Source of the DNA: an uncultured Actinomycetota bacterium
GTDB taxonomy: Bacteria > Actinomycetota > Actinomycetes > JAFAQI01
DNA length: 64,000 nt
Direction of reading: 5' to 3'
Assembly (NCBI GenBank): GCA_963770565.1
Contig: CAVYQE010000002.1
Coordinates: 320,001-384,000, forward strand
Part shown: positions 35,990 through 53,200 of the stretch, piece after piece
How positions within the stretch are numbered: the first letter of the stretch is position 1
Layout: the number at the start of each line of letters is the position of its first letter
Translations under genes and position numbers: made by a program
Notes under the pieces: model-generated
The model's input: only the letters and a program-made list of their open reading frames with translations
What the model was told of the DNA's origin: nothing
The model's database searches: none

Positions 35990-37159
35990 TCAGGACACCG
36001 CGAGGATGTCGAGACTCGACATCGTCGAGTCAGCCGCGTACGCCGTACCGCCGCTCGCCGCGATACCAACCGGAGCGCCGGACAGGTTGTGGGTCGTGCG
36101 GTGGGCACACCCGCTGTGTTTCGCCGCGTTGCACGACGTCGCGTTGAACACGACCACCGCATCGCCGGCACCGGCCGCAACCGTGACCCGGCCGCTCGCA
36201 GTCAACGCGAGGCCATCGGCGCCGCTGAAGCCGGCGAGCCGGTGCGGAGTCTTGCTGCAGGTCGTTCGCTTGACGCTGTTGCAGGTCGCGGTGTTGAGGA
36301 CCGACACCGCGTTCATGCCGCTGTCGGCGACGTACAGGGTGTGCTCGGCGGTGTCGACCAGGAGCGCCTCCGGTGCGGTGCCGGCTCCGAGCCGGACAGC
36401 GTGCGGGTGCGCGGTGCAGCTTGCGCGGAGCTTCGAGCACACGGTGCGGTTGAGAGTCGAGACCGAGTTGCCGGAGACGTTCGCGACATACACGGTGTCT
36501 GCGGCAGCATCCACGGCGATCGCGACCGGCGCACCGCCCACCCATACTCTCCGGGTCTTCTTGCAGCCGCTCGTCTTCGTCGCGTTGCAGGCCGCGCCAC
36601 TGAAGATCAGCACGTGCTGGTCGCCGCTGTCCGCGACGAAGACCGCGTCGCTGTGGTGGGAGGTGTCCACGGCGACGGCGCTCGGCGCGATGAGACCGAG
36701 GCCGATGCCCTTCGGCGTTGCGGCGCAGCCGGCCTTGTGCACGGCGCTACAGGTTGCGGTGTTGATCATCTCGACGCCGCCGCTGTCGGCGTCGGCGACA
36801 TACACGGTGTGGTTCTTGGGGTCGAAGGCGAGCGCGGCAGGAGCTGCACCGTCCGGGAGATGGACGGCGGCAACGGCACCCGGGCAGTTCGTGCTCGCGA
36901 CCGGCATGCAGTGTGCGGTGTCGACCACCGCGATCTCGCTCGCCACCCCATCGGTCACCGCGACGTAGGCGGTGTGGGCCTGGTGGTCGATCACGACGGC
37001 GGTCGGCGGAAGCCCGACGCTCACCGGGTTGGCGCCCGGGTTCGCCCCGGCTACTCCAGCGCTCGACAGGGCCAGGACCGCGGCGCTGGGAAGGACGACC
37101 GCGGTCAGCGCGAACCGATGACGACGGCGGTGACGGGACGATCTGGTGACGCTGGGCAT
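35990..37159 (-). CDS. Secreted YncE/YVTN-like beta-propeller with Cys-pair loops
   Basis: GGAGG RBS, signal peptide, repeated P-x-A-x-A-V-D...T-V-Y-V-A-D blades, six C-x6/7-C pairs. Confidence 0.82.
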   Translation of the reverse strand: MPSVTRSSRHRRRHRFALTAVVLPSAAVLALSSAGVAGANPGANPVSVGLPPTAVVIDHQAHTAYVAVTDGVASEIAVVDTAHCMPVASTNCPGAVAAVHLPDGAAPAALAFDPKNHTVYVADADSGGVEMINTATCSAVHKAGCAATPKGIGLGLIAPSAVAVDTSHHSDAVFVADSGDQHVLIFSGAACNATKTSGCKKTRRVWVGGAPVAIAVDAAADTVYVANVSGNSVSTLNRTVCSKLRASCTAHPHAVRLGAGTAPEALLVDTAEHTLYVADSGMNAVSVLNTATCNSVKRTTCSKTPHRLAGFSGADGLALTASGRVTVAAGAGDAVVVFNATSCNAAKHSGCAHRTTHNLSGAPVGIAASGGTAYAADSTMSSLDILAVS

Positions 37160-37264
37160 CGCAGCCTCCGGCCGACAGTGGGCTACCGGTACTTCAGACA
37201 CACCGGTGATTCGTGCCGGGCGGAGGTTTGGATCGAGGGCGGGAGCAAAAAGATGTCGAGCCGG

Positions 37265-38727
37265 CTAGTCGGGCCGGCCGGCCGATCCCTGGGCCGTACT
37301 GAAGGCGATCCCGTCGAGAATGTCGTGCTCGCTCGCAACGACGCTGTCGAAACCACCGCGACTCAGCACGGTGTCGAGGACCAAGGCGCCACCACCGATT
37401 ACGTCGACCCGGCCCGGATGCATGATCGGCATCGCGGCGCGCTCGGCTCGTGATGCCGAGAGCAATTGCGCGGTGACCTCGGTGACCTGTTCCGCGCCGA
37501 TCCGCGCATGGTGGATCTGGGTCGCGTCGTACTCCGCCAGGCCGAGCGCGATGCCGACCACGGTGGTCACCGAGCCGGCTAGACCGACCAGGGTCCGCGC
37601 CGCCTCGAACGGCACGGTCATCATGACGTCGTCGATTGCCCGGTTGATGTCGAGGCGGGCAGCCGCGACCTGCTCGGCGCTCGGCGGATCGTCGCGCAGG
37701 TGGCGTTCGGTCATCCGCACGCACCCGATGTCGACCGAGCGAGCCGCGTGCGGCCCGGTGTCGTCGCCGAGCACGAACTCCGTCGAGCCACCGCCGATGT
37801 CGACCACGAGGTACGGCGGCTCGACCGGTGAACCGCGTCGAAGCTCGCGGGTCGCGCCGTCGAAGGACAGCGCAGCCTCCTCGTCGCCCGACACGACCTC
37901 GGGCGCCACGCCGAGGCGATCGATGACACCGGTCACGAAGACGTCGCGGTTGGCCGCGTCGCGGGTTGCACTGGTCGCGACCATTCGCACCCGCTCGACC
38001 TCGTGCGACGCGATCACCGCCGCATAGTGGTCGAGCACTCCGAAGGTCCGGGCGAGGGCGGCATCCGAGAGCTGCCCGGTTCGGTCGACGCCTTCGCCGA
38101 GCCGCACGATCTCCATCCGGCGCACGACATCGACCAGGGTCGGGCCGTCGACGTCGGCGACCAGGAGCCGCAGCGAGTTCGTGCCGCAGTCAAGCGCGGC
38201 GACCCTGGTCATGACGCCGACGGCGGCATCCGGCCCGGGCGACGCGACGCACGGACCACTGGCCGACCAGTTCGGGAGCAGCGCGAGTGCCTCATCACCC
38301 AGCGGGTTGACGCCCGGGCCGACCGCGAGGGAGTGCGCGACCAGCACGTGCAGGCACTTCACCCGCCGCGGCATGCCGCCGGCGCTCACCGTCGTACCGA
38401 GATCGGTGATGGCATTGCGACGAGCCAGGTAGTCCTCGTGCGCATCGTGGTAGCACGCTGCCAGGGACTCATCGGCCGCCAGCCGATCCGTCATCTCTCG
38501 CATCAGGCCGCTGGCTTCAAGTCGGCCGACCGCAGATCGTGCGATCGGGCAGGTCAAGTAGTAGAGCGTCGGGAACGGGGTGCCGTCCGCGAGCCGCGGC
38601 GAGGTTTCCACCACGTCCGGCCGCCCGCAGTCACAACGATGGGCGACGCGGCGGGTAGCTCGCGGTGGCCGGCCGAGCTGCGCGGCAACGATCTCGAGAT
38701 CGGCACCCGAGATGTCCGGGTTGCCGC

Positions 38728-38731
<4 letters not shown>
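37265..38731 (-). CDS. ppx: DUF501 read in-frame with Ppx/GppA exopolyphosphatase (Ppx part 37265-38212)
   Basis: QLGRPPR, PFPTLYYLTCP, GGMPRRVKCLH, then MTRVAALDCGTNS, ATSATRDA, DIGGGSTE, HDILDG. Confidence 0.85.
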
Positions 38732-41434
<2,703 letters not shown>

Positions 41435-41523
41435 GACCTGGCCCTCGACACCGCAGACTCCCTAGACACGTGGCATTGTTGAGCGCTCAGCATGCCATCG
41501 TCCAGGCTGGGGTCGCAGCCAAA

Positions 41524-42546
41524 TCAGGGAAGATCACCCGATTCCACCCGATCTCGGAAGGCGCGAGCTCGCGCTCTGAGTACGGCCTCCGGATCGATGT
41601 CGACGGCCCGCATGACCTGCACCGCTGTCCACAACAGGTCCCCTGCGGTCTCGGTCGACGGCGAGTGCTCGAAACGTTCCACAGCAACCAGCAGGGAAGC
41701 CTGGCTCCCCACGCCAACACCGAGTTCGATTCCGGCTGCCTTGCGCTGCAGCGTTGCCGCCAACGTCAGCGCCGGTGCGGTCAGCGGCACGCTCGACAGT
41801 GCGGAGGCGCCGCCCCGCTCGGCCGCCTTGATCGTCTCCCAGTTGGCGCTCACCGCCTCGGCCCCGTCGACGTCGGTGTCGGCGAACACATGCGGGTGCC
41901 TACGGACCAGCTTGTCCACCAGCCCGCCCGCGACGTCGTCGATCGACCAGCGCTCGCTCGGCGTCAGCTCCTCGGCCAGCCGGGCGTGAAAGGCGACCTG
42001 GAGCAGCACGTCGCCGAGCTCGTCCCGAAGCGCGGCCGAATCGTCGTCCTCGATCGCCTGGAACGCCTCGTACGCCTCTTCCAGCAGGTACGGCGCGAGG
42101 CTGCGGTGGTCCTGCTGGGCATCCCACGGGCAGCCGCCGGGCGAGCGCAACCGATCCATCGTCGCCACCACATCGAGCAACCTGGCACCGGGGAGGTCCC
42201 AGCTGCCGTCGATCCGCTCGATGACGAGCTCGGGCCGAATCGCGGTCAGGCCGAGGACGGCGGCGGCGATGTCGCCGGTCGGCGGGTGGTCGGTGTCAGG
42301 GCCGATCAGAAAGGTCGAGGTGCCGGTCTCGTCGGCCGCGGTCATCAGTTCCTGGGCGGCGGGCCCGGGCGACCCCGGCTGCGCGAGCGCACGCACCTCG
42401 AGCCCGCCGGCCGTGACGGCGGCCCCCAGCGGTGCCGCGGGATCGACTGCGTACACCGGCCCGGACTGCAGTGCCTGCCAGGCCGTGGGGCTCAGCAGAC
42501 CGACGGCGACCCGCGGGCTGGTTGCGAGCAGGACCAGCCGAGTCAC
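41524..42546 (-). CDS. mazG: MazG-family nucleotide pyrophosphohydrolase
   Basis: LRSPGGCPWD, YLLEEAYE, ELGDVLLQ, KLVRRHPHVF. Confidence 0.92.
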   Translation of the reverse strand: MTRLVLLATSPRVAVGLLSPTAWQALQSGPVYAVDPAAPLGAAVTAGGLEVRALAQPGSPGPAAQELMTAADETGTSTFLIGPDTDHPPTGDIAAAVLGLTAIRPELVIERIDGSWDLPGARLLDVVATMDRLRSPGGCPWDAQQDHRSLAPYLLEEAYEAFQAIEDDDSAALRDELGDVLLQVAFHARLAEELTPSERWSIDDVAGGLVDKLVRRHPHVFADTDVDGAEAVSANWETIKAAERGGASALSSVPLTAPALTLAATLQRKAAGIELGVGVGSQASLLVAVERFEHSPSTETAGDLLWTAVQVMRAVDIDPEAVLRARARAFRDRVESGDLP

Positions 42547-43530
42547 CCGGTCGAGCTGGCCGTGGGGCTGGAGGAGCTCACCGAGCTGGTTGCCGCGACG
42601 ACCGCGTCGTTGGTGTTGTCCCAACGTCCGTAGCGCGGGCTGACGTGGACGCCGAGCTTGGTGGCCTCGGCGGAGATCGCCTTGGTCACCAGCGTGCTCG
42701 CCTGGCTGGAGAACAGCGCCGCCTTCAGCTGGGCGGTGACCTGCGACAGCGGCGTGGTCTTCCGCGAGATCATGTGGATCACCACGTATTCGGTGGTGCT
42801 GTGCGCGATCGCGAACGTGCCCGGGGTGACCGGTGCGGTCGAGCTGCCCAGCGCCTTCTGCAGCTGGCTCCGGCCGACGAACCCGACCAGGCCGCCGTTG
42901 GCCTTCGTGGTCGTGTCGATCGAGTACTTCTTGGCGAGCGCGCCAAACGTCGCCGGCTTCTTGCGCACCTTGGACAGGATCTCGTTCGCGAGCGCCTTGG
43001 TCTTCACCGAGATCTGCGCGATCTGCACCTGGTCGTACTGGTCGATGTCCTTCAGGTACTCCGCCTGCAGCTGAGCCGGCGTCGCGGTCATGGTCGCGAT
43101 GATCGCGGTGCTGAGCTTCTGCTCGAGCGCCGCGTAGCGGATGAATCCGGGCAGCTGGCTGGCGCTGACCCCGCCGGCCGCGGCCTGCTGCTGGAGCGCC
43201 GCGTAGCTGCCGGTCTGCTGGACGAAGGCGGCGGTCTGCGAGGTGATGTCCTGCTTGGTCACGGTCAGGTGCCGGTCGGCCGCGACCGCGTTGAGCAGGT
43301 CGACGTTGATCAGGTGGCCGAGCAGCTGCCGGGTGAAGGTGGCCCGGTTGAAGCCCTGTTGCGCGGCGAGCTTGCCGCCCGCAAGCGAGGCGTTGACCTG
43401 CGACTGAAGGGCGCCGGTCGTGATCCGCTGGCTGCCCACGACGGCGGCCGCGCCGGGGCTCGTGCTGCAGGCGGACAACACCGGGACACCGAGCACACCG
43501 ACCAGAGCCAGCGCCGCCAATCGCAAAGGT

Positions 43531-43538
<8 letters not shown>
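42543..43538 (-). CDS. SurA-N/PpiC (PrsA-like) foldase lipoprotein
   Basis: Lipobox [21 protein letters not shown]...[15 protein letters not shown]. Confidence 0.85.
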
Positions 43539-47086
<3,548 letters not shown>

Positions 47087-47200
47087 CAGTCTCCGAGCGC
47101 GCACCACTGAAAGGCCCGATCGGCGTTCGCCGGGGCCGATTCCCACGCTACTCGGCGGGGCGGACACACCCGACCGGTGCCGTTCGTCAGGGCGGCGAGC

Positions 47201-50167
47201 TCACCCCAGCGCGGGCGCGAGAGCGATCGCCCACTGCGCCGCTGCCGTGCTCCTTCGTTTCGACCACGCCGACCCGAGCACGCAGGTCCCGGCGCAGGGC
47301 TTGCCGGTGTCGGCGAGCAGGATCCCGACCGCCGGACGTCGGGCGCTGTGGATGCCGACGCGGCGCTTGAGGCCCTTCGGCGTGACCCACGAGGCTGGTC
47401 TCGACCCGACGGTCGACCACAGGCCGACCACCCAGGTGCCCGTCGTCAGTCGGTGCAAGCTCGGTGCACGATGGCGCCTCGACGCCAACCCGGTCGACAC
47501 TGCGGACATCTCGATCGGATGCACCGAAGTGTTGCGGTAGCCGGCCAGGACCAGGCTCGAGTGGACCCGCTGCGCGTAGCGGACGGTCACCACGCGGCCG
47601 GCATCGGATGCGGTGGCCACCCGCTCGTAGACGACCGTGGTGAGCGCGTGTTGCTTCGTCTCACGGATCATCGTCCAGCCGCTCGGGCGGATCACTTTCT
47701 TGTTCGATGCGAACGAGTCGAACATCAGCAAGGCCTCGCCCGGCTTAATGGTCACGGGCACCTTGATCCGCGCCTTGGTGCCGGTCGACGTGACCTTCGA
47801 GGCGCCGACGAAGGCGACCTTCTCGATCGGCCGCGCGATCTCGATCGTCTGGCTCGTGGTCGCGCTCGCCCCGGCCGTGACCTCTACGGTCAACGTCGCC
47901 TTGTGAGTGCCATCGGTGGTGTAGGTATGGGTGGTCGAGGAGAAGGGTGAAAGCGCTTGCGCGGTGCCGTCGCCGAAGTCCCACCCGTAGCGGACCACTC
48001 CGCCGTCGGGGTCCAGATACGGCATCGCGTCGAACGAGCACGTCGCGATCCCATTGCAGGTGGCGGTGAACTCCGCGGTCGGCGTTGCCACCGGCGCATC
48101 CGACTGTGCCAGCAGGAGCAGCCCTCGGCTTGCCCAGTCCGTCGCCGCATCGACCAACGTCGGGACGCCTGCGGGCTTCAGGCCCGACCAAGGAACCGCC
48201 CAGAGCTCCCCATTCGCGCGGCTCGCGTAGTACAACTTTCCGCTGGCGAGGAACGCACCGGCAACATCGGACCAGTTGTTGGTGCCTGAGACGGTGAACT
48301 CGTCGGCGCCGACGATGCCCGACTCGGGCTCGAACCAGCGCCAATGCATGGCGCTCTTGCCGGCGAGTGTGTAGAAGAGACGACCGTCCCTGAAGAACAT
48401 GGACGTGACAGACGGGATCTCAGCCGCGAACGTGGACGGCTGTCCTTGGTAGGTCTGACCGGACCCGGTCTGCACATCGTCCCAGAGCGGATCGTCGTAT
48501 GGATCGAGCTGGACCTCGTCACCGAAGGTACTGCCGTCGAAGCTGCGCTCGTACAGACTCCCGTCCGGCTTGCCGTAGATCACTTCGCCGTCAACGGTGA
48601 ACGCGCCGTCGACGGAGCCCAATGGCAGGCCGCTCGACACCGGCTCCTCGGCCCCGAGGGTGACACCGTTGAACTCCCGGTAGATCAACCGATCCGGATC
48701 TGCGGTGTACGTCGAGGCAGTTCCGGCCAGATAGACCCGGCCGGGCAGTGGCGCAGTCGACGCGTCCGGCACGGCCACCCCGCCGGCGAGCGGGAAGAAG
48801 GCTACGCGTTCGCGAAGATAGGTCCGATTACCGATGTAGTCGGTGTCGCTGCCGATCCAGAGTCCCGCAGGTGTGGCGAGCAGCGCGAAGCACCCGGCAC
48901 CGCGCGGCTCACGCCCTGGGTTCCAGCTCAGCGGCAGCCCGTTGCTCGGGCTCAACGCCGCGATACCGGGGCGAGGCACCGCGCCAGGGCCCGCCTGGTT
49001 CTGGCCGAGGGAGTTGTTCAGCCAGCGCTCATGCCCACCGACGTAGATCGCCGTGCCGGTCAGGGCGACCGTCCAGAGCGAGTCCTCGCCGGTGTAGTCG
49101 ATCCAGGTCGGCCGGACGTTCGCGCCGCTGGCGTTCGTCTCGTAGCGCGCGGCCGCGTCGCACGACGACTTCGTCCCGTCACGATTGGTGCCGATCCCAC
49201 CAGTCGCGGTCACGACGAAGTACCCGCCGTCCGGTGAGAACTGCACGTCGCGGACGTAGCTGTCGAACGAGTGCGCGAGGCAGGGGCTCGTATAAGCGAG
49301 GGTCGCCCAGCTCGCATCGACGGTTGCGGAGGGCGTGCCGAGGTTGAGCATCGCGATCTGGTCGCGGCTGAAGCCGGCGACCTCGGTGAAGTCGCCGATG
49401 ACCACCAGGTGGGTGCCGGCTGGGTTCACGTCGATCGCTTTGACGCCGACTCGCCCGGTCGCACACTTGCTCGTGTCGGGATCGCACTGAGAGCCGTAGT
49501 TGTGGTGCCCGGTGAACGAGAAGTTCACGTAGGACGTTGCATGTCCGGTCGCCGGGTCAAGCGCCACCAGCCCGCCGTGCCGATCAGCCCCGGCCTTGGT
49601 GAAGGTCCCGGCGACGAAGAGGTGGCCGCCGGCGAGCACGAGCCGGCTGACCGAACCGTTGAGGGCCGACGGATGCCAGGTCGGGACCAGCTGCCCGGTC
49701 CTCGTGCTGACCAGCGCGACCGCCATCGGCCGGCCGTCGACGGTCGTGAACTTCCCGCCGAGATAGACCTCGTCGGGTGCCGGCCCGGCGATGGCCGTGT
49801 CGACCTCGCCGTTGACGCTCGGGAGGTAGCCGGTCGTGTCCAGATCCCCGGTCGTCGCGTCGAACGCCAGGGTGTTTGCGAGCGGGTAGGTAGTGCTGAG
49901 ATCCCCGGCGGGACTCACCGAGGTGAAGGTCCCGCCGAGGATGATCTCGTCGCCTACCTGCGCAATTGCGTTTACTCTGCCGTCGTTGACGTCCGGCGTC
50001 TGTGGTGCCGGCACCGGGCTGACCAGGGTCGCCTGGCTCGCTTGCACCGCCGCCGCGGGTAGCGCCGAGAGGGCGGCGGAGCCCACCGCCGCAACCACCG
50101 CGAGACCGGCGATGAACGGCAGGTGAACGGTGAATGCGCGGGAACGCGGTACGAGGCTCCCGCGCAT
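47201..50167 (-). CDS. Large secreted protein: beta-propeller, PKD, C-terminal beta domain
   Basis: Signal peptide, GGTFT/GGKFT/AGTFT blades, YVGGHERW, WNPGR, WDFGDG PKD. Confidence 0.85.
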   Translation of the reverse strand: MRGSLVPRSRAFTVHLPFIAGLAVVAAVGSAALSALPAAAVQASQATLVSPVPAPQTPDVNDGRVNAIAQVGDEIILGGTFTSVSPAGDLSTTYPLANTLAFDATTGDLDTTGYLPSVNGEVDTAIAGPAPDEVYLGGKFTTVDGRPMAVALVSTRTGQLVPTWHPSALNGSVSRLVLAGGHLFVAGTFTKAGADRHGGLVALDPATGHATSYVNFSFTGHHNYGSQCDPDTSKCATGRVGVKAIDVNPAGTHLVVIGDFTEVAGFSRDQIAMLNLGTPSATVDASWATLAYTSPCLAHSFDSYVRDVQFSPDGGYFVVTATGGIGTNRDGTKSSCDAAARYETNASGANVRPTWIDYTGEDSLWTVALTGTAIYVGGHERWLNNSLGQNQAGPGAVPRPGIAALSPSNGLPLSWNPGREPRGAGCFALLATPAGLWIGSDTDYIGNRTYLRERVAFFPLAGGVAVPDASTAPLPGRVYLAGTASTYTADPDRLIYREFNGVTLGAEEPVSSGLPLGSVDGAFTVDGEVIYGKPDGSLYERSFDGSTFGDEVQLDPYDDPLWDDVQTGSGQTYQGQPSTFAAEIPSVTSMFFRDGRLFYTLAGKSAMHWRWFEPESGIVGADEFTVSGTNNWSDVAGAFLASGKLYYASRANGELWAVPWSGLKPAGVPTLVDAATDWASRGLLLLAQSDAPVATPTAEFTATCNGIATCSFDAMPYLDPDGGVVRYGWDFGDGTAQALSPFSSTTHTYTTDGTHKATLTVEVTAGASATTSQTIEIARPIEKVAFVGASKVTSTGTKARIKVPVTIKPGEALLMFDSFASNKKVIRPSGWTMIRETKQHALTTVVYERVATASDAGRVVTVRYAQRVHSSLVLAGYRNTSVHPIEMSAVSTGLASRRHRAPSLHRLTTGTWVVGLWSTVGSRPASWVTPKGLKRRVGIHSARRPAVGILLADTGKPCAGTCVLGSAWSKRRSTAAAQWAIALAPALG

Positions 50168-50215
50168 CACCACTCCCTAGATGCAGTCCCCCTGCCGGCG
50201 GCTACTTAGTCCCGA

Positions 50216-53200
50216 TCAGGACGAGGGTGCGAGCGCGACGGTCCACTGAACCGCCGAGCCGCTCGACACGTTCGTCATCGCCGTCTGACCAGGGTACTGC
50301 CGCTCACTGCTCCATTCGAGTCACCGATCGCCGCGCTGATCGCCCCGTTGCCGGAGCCGTAGACCGGCAGCCCCCGCTTGGTCACAGCACCTGGCAGCGT
50401 CCACGCAGTGGTGGTCGAGGACTTGTCGGTCCAGTACGACACCACCCAGCTTCCGCTCGCCAGCCCCGACACCGCGGGCGCGGCGTGCGAGAAACCGGTC
50501 GACGTCGCTGACGCGCTGGTCTCGATCGGCGAGGCCGCCGTGTTCGAGTAGTCAGCGATTGTGATACTCGCCTTGACCGAGCCGGACAGTGTCACCGATG
50601 GGCTCGACCCGAGGTCCCCCGCCGTCGCCGTCTTCTCGTACACGATGGTCGAGAGGTTGCTCGCCGACTGGCTCGCGGCCTTGATCCAGCCGGTCGGTGT
50701 CGTCGCCGTGATGGTCGTCGATGCGTAGGACACGAACATCAACAACGTGTCGCCCGCCGCGGCGGCGCCCGGCACCAGCACCGTGGGAGCGGACGTGGTG
50801 CCGTCGGCGGCGTTCGTGCCGCCGAACCCGATGTTCTGCACCGGGCCGGAGACCGTTACCGCATGCGTCACCGAGGTCGTCGCGTTGTTGTTGTCCGTGA
50901 CCGTCAGCGTCACGTTGTACGTCCCCGGCACGGCGTACTGGTACGACGTCGTCGGCGACCCACTTGCGGCCTGGGAGTTCCCGTCCCCGAAGTCCCACGC
51001 CCACGTGCTGACGGTTCCGTCCGGGTCATACGAGCCGGAGCCGTCGAGCGAGCAGGTGAGGGTCGTGTCGCAGCTGGACGTGAACGCCGCGACCGGCGGC
51101 GCGTTGGTCGTGCCCAGCGGCGCGAGGATGATCGTCCACTCCACGCCCTTGCCGCTCGTACCCGGGCTCGACTTGGCCAGGAGGCCGCCGTACGGACCAC
51201 TGTTGACCGTGGATCCGGAATGGGCGAGAAGCGACGTCACATAGGCGTTGCCCGTGTCGAACGACGTCGCATCCGCTGTGACCGAACCCGGCGGGGCCCA
51301 GGCCGTCGTGGTCGAGGACTTGTCCGCCCAGAAGGACACCGCAAGGCTTCCGTCATTGACCACGGAGGTCGTCGGCGTCGTGTGAGACGCCGTGCTGGAG
51401 TCGGTCGCCTTGGCGAAGGCCTCGATGGTGTGCGAGTCCGCACCCGTGTAGTCGGCCAGCGTCACGGAGTTCTTCGTCTTGCCGCTGAACGTCACCGTCC
51501 ACGTCGAGCCGATGTCGCTCGGTGTCGCGGTCCGGTAGTAGACGTCCGACTCGAGCGGGCTGTTCGCGTCCTTCGCGAGCAGAGTCCAGCCGGTCGGTAC
51601 GGATGCGCTGACCGTCGAGCTGGTCGGCCAGGTGACGAACATCAGCAGCGCGTCACCCCTCGCCGTACCGGATGGCACGCCGACCACCGTGGTCGAGTTG
51701 CTGCCGCACGTCCCGGTGCCCGGGCCGCACGCCGTCGTTGCACTGACGAAGGTCGGAACCGGCGCCGTCTCGCCAGCCGTGACGTTCTCGGTCTGGGTGT
51801 CCGTCGCCCCGTCGTTGTCCGTGACGGTCAGGGTCACCGTGTACTTGCCCGGGTTCGGGAAGGTGTGCGAGAACGGCGTGCCATCGGTGTGGTGCTCCGA
51901 CGAACCGTCGCCGAAGTCCCAGGCGTAGTCGGTGATGTTGCCATCCGGGTCGATCGATGCGGTCGCGTCGAAGGTGCACGCGTTGCTCGTCGATGAGCAC
52001 GACGGAGTGAAAGCCGCAACCGGTGGCTTGTTCGGGTTGGTCGCATCCGCGAGCATGAAGATCCCGCGACTCGCCCAGTCCTGCGACGCGTCCGCCACGC
52101 TCGAGGAGCCGGTCGCCTGCGTGCCGTTCCAGCCGATCGAGTACAGCTCGCCGGTTCCACGGTCGGCGAAGTAGAGCGTGCTGCCCGACAGGAACGCGCC
52201 GGCTGTATCGGACCAGTTGTTGCCGTCGTTCACGCTGAACTCGTCCGATCCGACGATGCCGTCGTCCGGCTCGAACCAGCGCCAGAACATCGTCGGGTTA
52301 CCGGCCAGCGTGTAGTAGATCCGCCCGCTGGTGAAGAACATCGAGGTCACGGACGGGATCTCGGCCCCGAAGGTCGACTCTGCGCCGAGGTAGTTCTGAC
52401 CGGAGCCCGTGCTGATGTTCTCCCAGTATGGGTCCGCCCAGGGGTCGAGCAAGACCTCGGAACCGAACGTCGAACCGTTGAACGTGCGCTCGTAGAGGTT
52501 GCCGTCCGTCTTGCCGTAGACGAGCTCGCCGTTGACCGTGAACGCGCCGCGGATCGAGCCCCACGAGATGCCGGTCGACAGGTTCTGCTCGGAGCCCGCA
52601 GTGGTGCCGTCGAAGTGCCGGTAGCTGAACCGGTCAACGTTGGTGCTCGGCAGGATCGGGGTCGCCCCGTCCTGATCCACCTCGAGGCCGTTGACGACGG
52701 CGTTGTCGGCCGGGCCGTTGGTGTACGCCACCGTGACCATGCCACTGGCCGGCGCCGTGACGTTGAACGACTTCATCTCGCCGACCAGGTTTCCGACGTC
52801 GTTCACGATGTCGTAGTTGGACAGCACGGGATTGCCGTCGATCGCCACGTTGAAGATCCGCTGACCTGGGCTGGCCGTACAACCGCAGTTGTTGGCCATG
52901 AACAGGTTGACGGTCACAGGTGTGCCCGACGCCACCGGGAAGCTGTAGGTCTGCGGCGCCCAGCGTTCGGTCGAGAAGATGTCCGCGGGCACGTACGACG
53001 GAACCGTCGAGCCGACCGTGCCGCCCCATGGCTGGCCCCAGTTGGCCACGTTGCCACCGGAACGCAGCGGGCCGCCGGTGCCGACGGTGTCGGAGTCGTC
53101 CTCGAGCCAGTTCGCAGGCTGGCCGTCGGTCGCGTCGATCTCGCCGCCACCCGCGTGGACCCGGTAGATCGGAACCGGGTTGGTGAAGTTGGTCGGGCCG

